Positions 18,170-26,712 of a stretch of DNA of 64,000 nucleotides are shown here, piece by piece (position 1 is the stretch's first letter; each line of letters opens with the position of its first letter). The notes below the pieces were generated by a model. The model was not told the DNA's origin. It was given only the letters and a program-made list of their open reading frames with translations, and ran no database searches. This DNA comes from a virus. A program made the position numbers and the translations under genes. The DNA is taken from positions 62,241 through 126,240 of IMG/VR virus record IMGVR_UViG_3300035698_020241, one strand, 5' to 3'.

Positions 18170-18438
18170 TTTACATACCAGTGGCCGTTTGTTATAATGT
18201 ATACATTGATCGGGTAACACACTGAGTGAATTCAAAGAGTTACAAAGTTATAAAGTGTTGAAATTGTTCAGGAAATTTTTTGATTTACATTTGAGTTGAG
18301 ATTTGATATAATGGAAACAGATTGAGAAAGTAATACAACAAAAGTTGTAACAACAAAAGTTGTACAGTAAAAGTTGTTACACAATAAAAGTTGTAATTAA
18401 GATTTTTGATTTACAAGTAAAATGAAGTTTGTTATAAT
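18170..18438 (+). promoter_or_regulatory. Three tandem rightward sigma70-type promoters (18170, 18284, 18410)
   Basis: Each is TTTACA-N17-TATAAT with TTTG(A/T) before the -10 box. Confidence 0.8.
18340..18394 (+). repeat. Four AAAAGTTGT direct repeats
   Basis: Copies at 18340, 18355, 18369 and 18386. Confidence 0.8.
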
Positions 18439-19049
18439 GAGTATAAGAATAGAATTGACTATCACCAATTTCATTAATGGACTGCAGACCATAAATGGAA
18501 TTCAACAATAACTTTTAAAACGCTAGCGTGTCAATCACGATAAAACAAAAAAACAAATAATTGAAAAAATTATAAAGATTATAAAATGTTTAATTCAGGC
18601 TTAACGATAGAGTTAATATGTTGATAATGTACCTGTTTTTAGTATACCATTGTAAATTCAGACATAATTATCACCTTTGTACCTATCATACACCACGAGT
18701 AGTCACTGATAGCTCTACATTGCGGATTTTGTGATCTTGAAAAGTAACTGAGGAGAAAACAATCAAACAGTCATTTTATAATTTTTATAATTTTTTGAGT
18801 TAAAAGTAAATGGTTTCAATATGTTGATAATTTAATGTGGGTTATCTTGACGGAATAACTGGTTCGCAACCAAACATGGAAATGTCGAAAGTATAACGAG
18901 GTATTGCGCATCGTATCAGCTTTTGTCCAAAGTATCAGTTACTTTGGCGAGTTCGGTAAGGCAATAAATATCTTTTGATTATATCAATTCCTATTATCAA
19001 CATTTTAAAGTTATTTACTTAACAGTTTGAAATGTTTATGAATTATTTT

Positions 19050-19158
19050 ATACTGAGGCGAAAATGGTACACGTCCTGTTGAGAAGCAGAGTTGGTAAGG
19101 TTCGATTCCTTACAATTAATAAACTGGAGTCAAACGTGGGTTCGACCCCCACCAGTAT
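19050..19158 (+). ncRNA. tRNA-Leu-like element with two T-arms
   Basis: ATACTG/CAGTAT acceptor; Leu-like D-loop GGCGAAAATGGTACACG; GTAAGG-TTCGATT-CCTTAC and GTGGG-TTCGACC-CCCAC hairpins; no CCA. Confidence 0.55.
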
Positions 19159-19242
19159 ATTTTTTTTGTTTACAAACATTTCGTTTTTGTGTATAATGAA
19201 GTTGAGTTTGAATTTAACATTTAAAAAATAAAGGAAATTACG

Positions 19243-19500
19243 ATGGGCTTTGACAAAACAAAAGATAAAGAATTAATGTCGAAAGAGTTAGAAAGTGGTC
19301 TTCGCATTTCGGTTTTTTCTTATAACGGCGGCGAAGCCAAACTCCAGATCGGCCCCAGAGTTTTTGATAAAAGGGACGGATCCAAGGGTTACGGAAAAGC
19401 TGGCAGAATGTCTCTTAAAGAGGCTGTTGCTTTGGCTGGTCTTATGCCTCGTATATCAGAGGTTATGAACGGTCTTCCGGCTAATTCTCTTCCTGAATAA
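19243..19500 (+). CDS. PC4/YdbC-like ssDNA-binding-fold protein (putative)
   Basis: LRISVFSYNGGEAKLQI...GKAGRMSLKE pattern; own promoter at 19169-19197. Confidence 0.55.
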   Translation: MGFDKTKDKELMSKELESGLRISVFSYNGGEAKLQIGPRVFDKRDGSKGYGKAGRMSLKEAVALAGLMPRISEVMNGLPANSLPE

Positions 19501-19700
19501 CAGTTTACAAAAAACAAATCGCACTGTCACTGTGAGGATGGATAACATGGTCAAACGATGGACGACTATCTCTATGTAAAAAAACATGAATTTATGTGGA
19601 TTTCAAGATAGATACCGAAATCAGAGCGACCAGAAACCAGTAAACACATAGAAGATTCCAGGTTGTAAACCCTGGTCGATTTTTGAAAATAGTATAAATT

Positions 19701-19771
19701 AATGTGATAGCTTAATGAGAAAGCGCCTGCCGGTAAGGGCGGGAGATATCAGGATAGAGGCCTGAACATAT
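19701..19771 (+). ncRNA. tRNA-shaped RNA 1 (non-canonical anticodon and T loops)
   Basis: D-like TAGCTTAATGAGAAAGCG; CCTGCC/GGCGGG arm; TCAGG-ATAGAGG-CCTGA arm; ATGT/ACAT closing pairs. Confidence 0.45.
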
Positions 19772-19779
19772 TGATAACT

Positions 19780-19852
19780 AATGGTAGTTTAAAGCGGATA
19801 AAACACCGGCCCAATTTGGGGTCGGAGCTGTCGGAACCGGGCCTGACCCATT
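19780..19852 (+). ncRNA. tRNA-shaped RNA 2 (non-canonical anticodon and T loops)
   Basis: AATGG/CCATT closing stem; D-like TAGTTTAAAGCGGATAAAACA; CCGGCCC/GGGTCGG arm; GTCGG/CTGAC arm. Confidence 0.45.
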
Positions 19853-20306
19853 TAATTTATATTATTTTCTTAAAAATGAGTTGACATATCATATGTATGT
19901 TAACTTAACATACATGGGTATTTTAAAATTGACACACGTTAAGCGTCTTGCCCCCAAAGCGCTCCTATTACCTGCTTGAACTATGAAATCAGCGGGAAAA
20001 ACAGCCAAACCGGGCCCGAGATGTGAAACCATGTGAAAATTATGGTAGAAATCTATAGCAGCGAGCTGTTATAGTCACCGTTACCTTCAATTTTAAAATA
20101 TCAAAGTGCATGAAATCCGTGCACAGTGGATAAGAGTGAGTGGCAGGTGTTCGTTTCGGGCGCACAACCCCCCAATATTTTTATTCATTTGTTCAAATTG
20201 ACTATATTTTGATCCGAATATATACTTTATAGTCAATAGGGAACTCGGTAAAAATTTTGTTTGACATATCATGTTATACATGTTATACTCAAACCATAAT
20301 AATTGT

Positions 20307-20382
20307 TGCGGAGTAATGCAGAGGTCAGCAGCTAAGGCTCATAACCTTAGAGTCATGGGTTCGAATCCCATCTCCGCTACCA
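20307..20382 (+). tRNA. tRNA-Met(CAT), possibly initiator-like (1:72 mismatch)
   Basis: TAAGG-CTCATAA-CCTTA anticodon arm, A-CCA; TTGACA...TATACT promoter upstream. Confidence 0.85.
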
Positions 20383-20509
20383 CGATTTACAAGGTAATGC
20401 AGTCTATAACGGGAATACTTGAAATATAGTTGTAATGGCCAGACTGCCCCAGTTGGGTGCGTCCCGTTCCTTGTAATAATAACAGAAACCCTTATAAAGG
20501 AGTCTAAAA

Positions 20510-20761
20510 ATGAGTAAAGAGATAAGAGAAAAATTGAAGAAACCTGTTGTTGTTTTAAACACAGAATTTGCAGCTACGGATGTCGTATTTAAGAAGGCAT
20601 GTGAGTTGGCAAGCGCTGATTTGGAAGAGAAAACAGGCGGTAAGGTAAGAGATAGAATAAAACCTACCCAGCGTCAAGCTTCCAAATACCGTAACAAAAA
20701 AGGTTCTGCCTTTCTTTTCAAAGTAGAGGCAAGTGCCCACTTGGCAAGTGAAAAAGAATAA
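20510..20761 (+). CDS. Small basic protein, paralog of 21136-21372
   Basis: EFAATDVVFKKACELAS...KPTQRQASKYRNKKG shared with the paralog. Confidence 0.8.
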   Translation: MSKEIREKLKKPVVVLNTEFAATDVVFKKACELASADLEEKTGGKVRDRIKPTQRQASKYRNKKGSAFLFKVEASAHLASEKE

Positions 20762-20955
20762 TAGTTTTTTAGTTTACTTTATCCTGGCCATGTGTTAAGA
20801 TAGAGTTAAATTAAAAAGGAGAAAATATAATGAAAAACACATTTATTAAAGTACTGAAATATATCTTATTAGATCGGAAGATTTGGTATTATATTATAAT
20901 TGGTCTAATGTTTGGATATTTATTAGGTTTCTTAATTACATAAAAGGAGATTAAT

Positions 20956-21123
20956 ATGGCTTTTGATAATGATTATAAAGATTGGCGAAAATCTTATAGA
21001 GGATCAAAAAAATATGACAGAACTTGTAGAAATAACGGTTCATGTCAATACTGTAAAGGAAATCGACTTTACAATTCTCAAAAAAGGATTATAGAGATAA
21101 ATTCAAAAATTAACGATATTTAA
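20956..21123 (+). CDS. Small basic Cys protein
   Basis: Hand translation ...DRTCRNNGSCQYCKGNRLY; AGGAG RBS. Confidence 0.6.
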   Translation: MAFDNDYKDWRKSYRGSKKYDRTCRNNGSCQYCKGNRLYNSQKRIIEINSKINDI

Positions 21124-21135
21124 AGGAAATGAAAA

Positions 21136-21372
21136 ATGTTTGTAATAAGCAGAGAAAATAAAGATATCACAGATTTAGAATTTGCCAACACGGATGTAGT
21201 GTTTAGAAAGTCATGTGAGTTGGCAAGTAAAAAAATTGAAGTGAAAACAGACGGTAGAGTAAAGAATGGTGTAAAACCTACTGAAAATCAGGCATCCAAG
21301 TACCGTAACAAAAAAGGCTTGGCTTATCGTGTAAGAAAATATGATAGGGAGATTTTGAAATGGATGTTTTAA
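21136..21372 (+). CDS. Small basic protein, paralog of 20510-20761
   Basis: EFANTDVVFRKSCELAS...KPTENQASKYRNKKG. Confidence 0.8.
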   Translation: MFVISRENKDITDLEFANTDVVFRKSCELASKKIEVKTDGRVKNGVKPTENQASKYRNKKGLAYRVRKYDREILKWMF

Positions 21373-21636
21373 TCATAAAAAAAGACAATGGTAAACAATA
21401 TCTCATATATTCTGAAAAACAAAGAATTATAGAGACTTTGAAGCGTGAAAAAGAAACAAAGGAAATGATGAAAAACTTTATCTTCAAATAAATTCTTTTT
21501 TCAATTTACATTCTTCTGGCAGTGTGTTAGAATGGTGTAAATTGTGAAACGAAACATGAAATAAAAATTTTAATTTTTCATTTACAAAAAAGTAGGGATT
21601 TAGTATAATGACCTAAGTCGAAAATAACTTTAAACT

Positions 21637-21677
21637 GACGAATCAGAGTAGTCCATGGGGGACGAATCAGAGTAGTC
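21637..21677 (+). repeat. 17-bp perfect direct repeat in the HU leader
   Basis: GACGAATCAGAGTAGTC at 21637 and 21661. Confidence 0.85.
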
Positions 21678-21711
21678 AACTAAAATAGCCAAATATAAAG
21701 GAAAAAATATT

Positions 21712-22038
21712 ATGAATAAAGCTGATCTTATCAACTTCGTAGCAGGCGACACCGGCGTAACCAAGAAAGATGCCCGCACGATTATCAATGCAGTACTTGA
21801 GGGAATGACTGACGGTCTTTCCACAGACGGTAAAGTAACACTCGTTGGTTTCGGTACCTTTTCCGCAGTAGCTCGTAAGGCTCGTAAGGCTCGTAACCCT
21901 AAGACGGGTGAAGCAATTGACGTTCCAGCCAAGGTAGTTCCGAAGTTCAAAGCTTCTAAAGCTCTCAAAGAGGCCGTTGCCGATCTTGACCTCGACGCTC
22001 TCAAAGCAGATGTCGTAGTTGATGAAGTAACTGACTAG
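21712..22038 (+). CDS. hup: HU-family DNA-binding protein (copy 1, acidic tail)
   Basis: MNKADLI...GFGTF...RKARNPKTGEAI.VPAKVVPKFKASKALKEAV. Confidence 0.95.
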   Translation: MNKADLINFVAGDTGVTKKDARTIINAVLEGMTDGLSTDGKVTLVGFGTFSAVARKARKARNPKTGEAIDVPAKVVPKFKASKALKEAVADLDLDALKADVVVDEVTD

Positions 22039-22045
22039 ATTTTAT

Positions 22046-22075
22046 GAAGTGGGGAGACAACAATCTCCCCACTTC
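22046..22075 (+). terminator. Hairpin terminator after HU
   Basis: GAAGTGGGGAGA/TCTCCCCACTTC perfect stem. Confidence 0.7.
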
Positions 22076-22080
22076 ACTGT

Positions 22081-22301
22081 TTCAAAAGTTTATTGAGGTA
22101 TATACTCAAATAATGAGTATACAAGGTTTTGTCCGTCGTCCAGTTAACTTTATGCGAGATAACAATTCTATTTGTACTATAGAAGGAGGCTACCTTTAGT
22201 GATTATGCTGTCACCACTCTATTGATTAGTCATAAGAACAAAACGCGGAAAAATTGTGAATGAGGCACAAGTTTGTGTGTATATCTCAATAAGCTTTTGA
22301 A
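22081..22301 (+). ncRNA. Candidate structured ncRNA closed by a stem of about 25 bp
   Basis: TTCAAAAGTTTATTGAGGTATATAC pairs with GTGTATATCTCAATAAGCTTTTGAA; internal hairpins; no ORF. Confidence 0.55.
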
Positions 22302-22607
22302 AAAAGAAAAGGGTAATAGACAACAAATCTATTCCCTTTTTTAGGTTTACAGTACTTGATATCTATGGTATAATGGAGGTATAAAATAAACGAAAGGAAA
22401 TTAAATATGTTTTTTATTAGTGATTTAGGATATGGTTATGTGGCAAAAGGGAAAAAATTTGACACATACCAGGAGGTAATTGATTACAAGAATAAAAATT
22501 ATCCTAATGATTCTCTTTATATCTGTCAATATAGTGAAGTTGATGAGGAAACAAAGGCATATTGGAGAAGTCACTGGGAAGATTAAAATAAACGAAAGGA
22601 GTGTGTC

Positions 22608-22754
22608 ATGGCTAAGATAAAATTTACAATAATTATTACAGCGTCAACGGTAAAGAAAGCACAAGGACGCATTCCTATTGCGAAACCTGGTCACTTTTTT
22701 AAAGACAAGAAACACTATAACAGAACCATTAAACACAAGAAAGGCTTGGTGTAA
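22608..22754 (+). CDS. Small basic protein (48 aa)
   Basis: Hand translation ...FKDKKHYNRTIKHKKG; AGGAG RBS. Confidence 0.55.
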   Translation: MAKIKFTIIITASTVKKAQGRIPIAKPGHFFKDKKHYNRTIKHKKGLV

Positions 22755-22821
22755 AATTAAAGAAACATTGACAATCATTAGATAAGAAACCTTAACCTTA
22801 AAATAAGAAAGTTTATATAAA

Positions 22822-23301
22822 ATGAAATATACAACAAAAGTTCCTACGAAATATAGAAATAAACTAACAAGAGGTATTATTCATATATTAAATAATGAGC
22901 AGTATGAATATATATGGAAATGTGTTGATAAAGTAAATGATAAATTTGACTCATTTTTATATGATTTAAAAGATGAACTTATAGGACCTGTTGAATTTAA
23001 GACATCACATAATGGCACCTTTGAACTTAGAAGAAGTGGTACATATGCTAATAGAATAAGGGACTATAGTAAAAATAAATTCCTTGTATGTGTAAGTTTT
23101 AAAACTCGTTATTTTTATATGGTACCAACAAAAATAATAGAAGGTAAATGTTCAATATCAGAAGTTTGTTTGAAAAAAAATAAATGTGCAAATTTTAAAT
23201 TATCTTTTTCTAAATTTAAAGAACTGATCTATGTAGGATGTTATCCTATTGAATGGGCCGTTAAAACATATAAAAATCACAGATATCTGGAGAAAATATA
23301 A
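22822..23301 (+). CDS. Putative PD-(D/E)XK-type endonuclease
   Basis: VEFKT...F...YS...FLVCV...FYMVP pattern; weak. Confidence 0.4.
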   Translation: MKYTTKVPTKYRNKLTRGIIHILNNEQYEYIWKCVDKVNDKFDSFLYDLKDELIGPVEFKTSHNGTFELRRSGTYANRIRDYSKNKFLVCVSFKTRYFYMVPTKIIEGKCSISEVCLKKNKCANFKLSFSKFKELIYVGCYPIEWAVKTYKNHRYLEKI

Positions 23302-23485
23302 TTTAAAGGAGAAGTTCAATTTGAAAGATTTTATAGGAAAAGGAGAAACATGAGATATATTATAGTGGCAGAGGACAGTTCCATTTACAAAACAGATACA
23401 ATAACCGATAGTGAAAGGAATGCAGTTGAATCCGGAATTCTTGATGTTATTGATACTAAATATATGACCCAAATGACATCTGAGG

Positions 23486-23803
23486 ATGGATGGGTTGAAC
23501 TTGAGAAATGGGGATACTAAAATGGGATATAAACAATGTAAACAATGTAATAAAGTGTTCTATCATCATGAATCATGTGGTTCTGAAAGGTGTTGTGATA
23601 ATGGCTTTTGTTCCGATAAGTGTATGAAGGAATCAGATGTATACAAATCTATGATGAAAAATGCTGAGGAGTTTTACGATTCCCTTTCTATGACACAAAG
23701 GAAAAGATTTAATAAACTAATGGATGTTTATACTGACTATGAGGATGAAATTGATGCTTTAATATATGAAGTGGACACTTTCTTAAATAGTAAAGGAAAA
23801 TAA
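23486..23803 (+). CDS. Hypothetical Cys-rich protein
   Basis: ORF; likely true start MGYKQC. Confidence 0.6.
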   Translation: MDGLNLRNGDTKMGYKQCKQCNKVFYHHESCGSERCCDNGFCSDKCMKESDVYKSMMKNAEEFYDSLSMTQRKRFNKLMDVYTDYEDEIDALIYEVDTFLNSKGK

Positions 23804-23804
23804 A

Positions 23805-24143
23805 ATGACTATAAAACTGATTCCTACAAAGAACATAATGAAACGAATCCAAAAATTTACCATAGATAATGACCTGAGTAGTGATTTACATGATTCGGGA
23901 ACTGCGAAGATGAGTAAAGGTAAGGGTACATATAAATATGTTGAATTCGGTAAAGGTAGTGTTTATGGTAAAGTAAGAATATATGGACAGAATTTTATAA
24001 GTGTTCAATATAGCACAAAATCTAATGGAAATATGCGACTTTTTAAATCTGAAAAGGATGCTATAATGTTTTTAAGTCTGGTGTTTGTACAAACACCAGA
24101 CTACAAGGAAGCAATGAAAGTGAGGACTCTACATGAATCATAA
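23805..24143 (+). CDS. Hypothetical protein
   Basis: Coupled ORF. Confidence 0.65.
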   Translation: MTIKLIPTKNIMKRIQKFTIDNDLSSDLHDSGTAKMSKGKGTYKYVEFGKGSVYGKVRIYGQNFISVQYSTKSNGNMRLFKSEKDAIMFLSLVFVQTPDYKEAMKVRTLHES

Positions 24144-24513
24144 TAGAATATGTAAGATTAAATGTGATGATTATAATAAAGGACCGTTTATTCCTGAGTC
24201 GTTTGAACCTAAACTCATATGGACAATAACAGAGTCATATTTTGAGGAACATCCAAATCCAAAAGGATTGCCAAAATATATAAAAATTGTGGCTTATGTT
24301 GGTGATAGTAAATTGTGTGTTTATTCACATCCTTATAGTTACGGTCAATTTACCGCTTCTGGTTATAATTGGGGATTCGGTGGAAAGGCCTTCTGGCTTG
24401 ATACAAATGACCCTGAGGAAGCAATTTATATAACAGAACATAAGTTATTTGACTGGGCAGACACGAAACGATGGTATTATGAACAAATAGCAGATTTAGT
24501 TAATCCATATTAA
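24133..24513 (+). CDS. Hypothetical protein
   Basis: Coupled ORF. Confidence 0.65.
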   Translation: MNHNRICKIKCDDYNKGPFIPESFEPKLIWTITESYFEEHPNPKGLPKYIKIVAYVGDSKLCVYSHPYSYGQFTASGYNWGFGGKAFWLDTNDPEEAIYITEHKLFDWADTKRWYYEQIADLVNPY

Positions 24514-24524
24514 GGAGAATATAA

Positions 24525-24866
24525 ATGATTAATAATCCACAACTTATAGTATTAAGTAAGGATGAATTTAAACATATGAAAAAAACCTTAGCTGGCCAAG
24601 GTATAAATGTGGTTAATGAGGAAATTGCTGTTACAGTTTTATTAGAAAATAAATCATGGATAGCAGTAAACGGTGACACATGGTCTGATTTAGACGATGA
24701 TGAACAGCATATAGTATTAGCACATGAATCAGCACATACAACGGGTATAATAGACGAGGAAGAAGCGGATATATGGGCATTAGATGTCCTAAATCCAAAA
24801 CAAAAAACAATGTTAATAAATATGTGGGGGGTAAGACATGGACACGATTTCAAGAATAATTCATAG
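24525..24866 (+). CDS. HExxH metallopeptidase-like protein
   Basis: LAHESAH...EEEADIWA. Confidence 0.55.
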   Translation: MINNPQLIVLSKDEFKHMKKTLAGQGINVVNEEIAVTVLLENKSWIAVNGDTWSDLDDDEQHIVLAHESAHTTGIIDEEEADIWALDVLNPKQKTMLINMWGVRHGHDFKNNS

Positions 24867-25064
24867 AATAACAGACGAATATATTTACCTGAATGTACTT
24901 AGATTTTATGTCTGGGTGCTTTTTTCCATTTAATAGTCGGAAAAACAGATCAAGATGTATAAATAATTTCGTAAAGAGATTTTTAAGAAAAATAATTAGT
25001 TTACATTATATATAATTTATAGTATAATTATTATATAAAATAATGTAGGAGGAAAAAAGTTTAG

Positions 25065-25355
25065 ATGAATAAAAAAGAGTTGGTAAATTATGTTGCCGCT
25101 AACACGGAACTAACAAAAAAGGATGCAAACACATTGCTTAATTCTGTTATAGAAGGAATTAAACATGGCCTTACAAGTGACGGAAAAGTTGGTCTTGTAG
25201 GTTTTGGTACCTTTTCTCTAGTAAAGAGAAATGCTAGAACGGCTAGGAACCCACAAACTGGTGAGCCTATTGCCGTGCCAAAGAAAGTGGTTCCCACTTT
25301 TAAAGCAAGTAATACACTTAAAAATACAGTTGAACATATGGAACTGGATGATTAA
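25065..25355 (+). CDS. hup: HU-family DNA-binding protein (copy 2)
   Basis: MNKKELV...GFGTF...RTARNPQTGE...PTFKAS. Confidence 0.95.
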   Translation: MNKKELVNYVAANTELTKKDANTLLNSVIEGIKHGLTSDGKVGLVGFGTFSLVKRNARTARNPQTGEPIAVPKKVVPTFKASNTLKNTVEHMELDD

Positions 25356-25429
25356 CGCCTAAAGGTAAAAAAATTAATAGGGCGTTGGTCATGAGATCAA
25401 CGCCCTTTTTTATTGGAGAATATGAGTTT

Positions 25430-25792
25430 ATGAGTTTATTTAAAAAAGTGGATATGATAGGACATTCAGGTAAGAAACTTAAATGGAAGATTGAATGTGA
25501 CGCTCTAACAAATAGTGATTGGATGGCATTAGCCTTCATGATATCAGAAAGAATAACATTTAATAAAGTCGTTGGTATACCAAGAGGTGGTACCAAACTG
25601 GCTAATGAATTAAAAAAATATACGGACCCCGAAAGTAAAACAATCTTGATGGTAGATGATGTTTTAACAACTGGCGGTTCAATGGAAGATGCAAAGAGAG
25701 GTTGGCAGGAACAGAAAAATATTGTTGGTTATGTTATATTTGCAAGACAGAAACCAGCAGATTGGATAAAATCATTATTTACAATGGAGTAA
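25430..25792 (+). CDS. Type I phosphoribosyltransferase (orotate PRT-like)
   Basis: VGIPRGG and PRPP loop LMVDDVLTTGGS. Confidence 0.8.
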   Translation: MSLFKKVDMIGHSGKKLKWKIECDALTNSDWMALAFMISERITFNKVVGIPRGGTKLANELKKYTDPESKTILMVDDVLTTGGSMEDAKRGWQEQKNIVGYVIFARQKPADWIKSLFTME

Positions 25793-25797
25793 AGAAA

Positions 25798-25974
25798 ATG
25801 AAAGTAAAAATGTATGTAGGAACAAATGTTGTAGGTAGTATGTGTGAAAAGGTTATTGATATTCCTGATAAAGACTTTGAAGGATTAACAAAAATTCAAA
25901 CACATCAACTCATAGAAGAATATGTAAACGAGTGGATATGGGAACATATAGAAAGCGGTTACGAAATAATATAG
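25798..25974 (+). CDS. Small hypothetical protein
   Basis: MKVKMYVGT... ORF. Confidence 0.55.
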   Translation: MKVKMYVGTNVVGSMCEKVIDIPDKDFEGLTKIQTHQLIEEYVNEWIWEHIESGYEII

Positions 25975-26049
25975 GGTGATTAGCTTAATTGGTCGAGCGG
26001 GAAGCTGTTAACTTCCGAGATCCGGGTTCGAGTCCCGGGTTGCCCTCCA
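25974..26049 (+). tRNA. tRNA-Asn(GTT)
   Basis: GGAAG-CTGTTAA-CTTCC anticodon arm, CCA. Confidence 0.88.
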
Positions 26050-26060
26050 CAAAAAAATAT

Positions 26061-26136
26061 AGCGGGAAGGTTGCTGGTTACCCATCAGGTTTCATAAGCC
26101 TTGACCACGTCGGTTCGATTCCGATTCCCGTTTCCA
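26061..26136 (+). tRNA. tRNA-Met/Ile2(CAT)
   Basis: TTCATAA anticodon loop, imperfect stem, T-arm, CCA. Confidence 0.75.
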
Positions 26137-26158
26137 AATTAAAAAGGAGAGATTAAAT

Positions 26159-26434
26159 ATGTCGTATTGTAGATGGAGTGATGATAGTGATGTTTACATG
26201 TATCCAACAAGAAGTCCGGGTGGTGTAGATGGTATATGTTGTCAGGGTTGTGAATTACAACCAGAAGGAACAACCTCTATACACTTTGACAGTCCAGGAG
26301 ACGCTCTTGTCCACTTATATGAACATAAAGAAGCTGGTCATAAGGTTGATAGTCACGCAATTAAGAGATTGCAGGTAGAGATAGGAAATGTAAGAGAACC
26401 TTTACCAAAGGAAATGTTTGAAATAAAAGAATAA
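26159..26434 (+). CDS. Hypothetical protein (MSYCRWS motif)
   Basis: ORF with AGGAG RBS. Confidence 0.7.
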   Translation: MSYCRWSDDSDVYMYPTRSPGGVDGICCQGCELQPEGTTSIHFDSPGDALVHLYEHKEAGHKVDSHAIKRLQVEIGNVREPLPKEMFEIKE

Positions 26435-26441
26435 AAATTAT

Positions 26442-26517
26442 GGTGGGATTGGCGAAATGGGAACGCGAGGGGTTGTGGCCCCCTTATGAACGGGATCATA
26501 ACCCGTATCTCACCCCA
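26442..26517 (+). tRNA. tRNA-His(GTG)
   Basis: G-1:C73, GGGGG-TTGTGGC-CCCCT, atypical T-loop ATCATAA, CCA. Confidence 0.85.
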
Positions 26518-26524
26518 AAAATTA

Positions 26525-26598
26525 CGGGGGACGATCAAGATGACAAGTGTGGTTTGGATCCATGCGATAGGTCGGTTTAATTCCGGCTCCCCTGACCA
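26525..26598 (+). tRNA. tRNA-Pro(TGG), degenerate D-arm
   Basis: CGGGGGA/TCCCCTG acceptor, TGTGG-TTTGGAT-CCATG, A-CCA. Confidence 0.75.
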
Positions 26599-26605
26599 AA
26601 ACTAA

Positions 26606-26688
26606 GCCCTTGTAGGCGAATGGTATAGTCAGCAGCCCGAGTAGCTGTGTCTTCGGACGTGGAGGTTCGAATCCTCTCAAGGGCACCA
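26606..26688 (+). tRNA. tRNA-Leu(GAG)
   Basis: GCAGC-CCGAGTA-GCTGT (C33), long variable arm, A-CCA. Confidence 0.85.
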
Positions 26689-26712
26689 ATTAATAAATAA
26701 TAAAGGTAAAAT

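Larger units (their letters stand above)
17395..18537. repeat. Inverted repeat pair: 23-bp perfect core (17395-17417 and 18515-18537) within about 65-bp imperfect arms
   Basis: TGATTGACACGCTAGCGTTTTAA and its exact reverse complement. Confidence 0.9.

Noticed and set aside
22608-22754. ArfA-like ribosome rescue factor
   Set aside because: Only a basic KxxYNRxxKHK resemblance; too weak without a profile search
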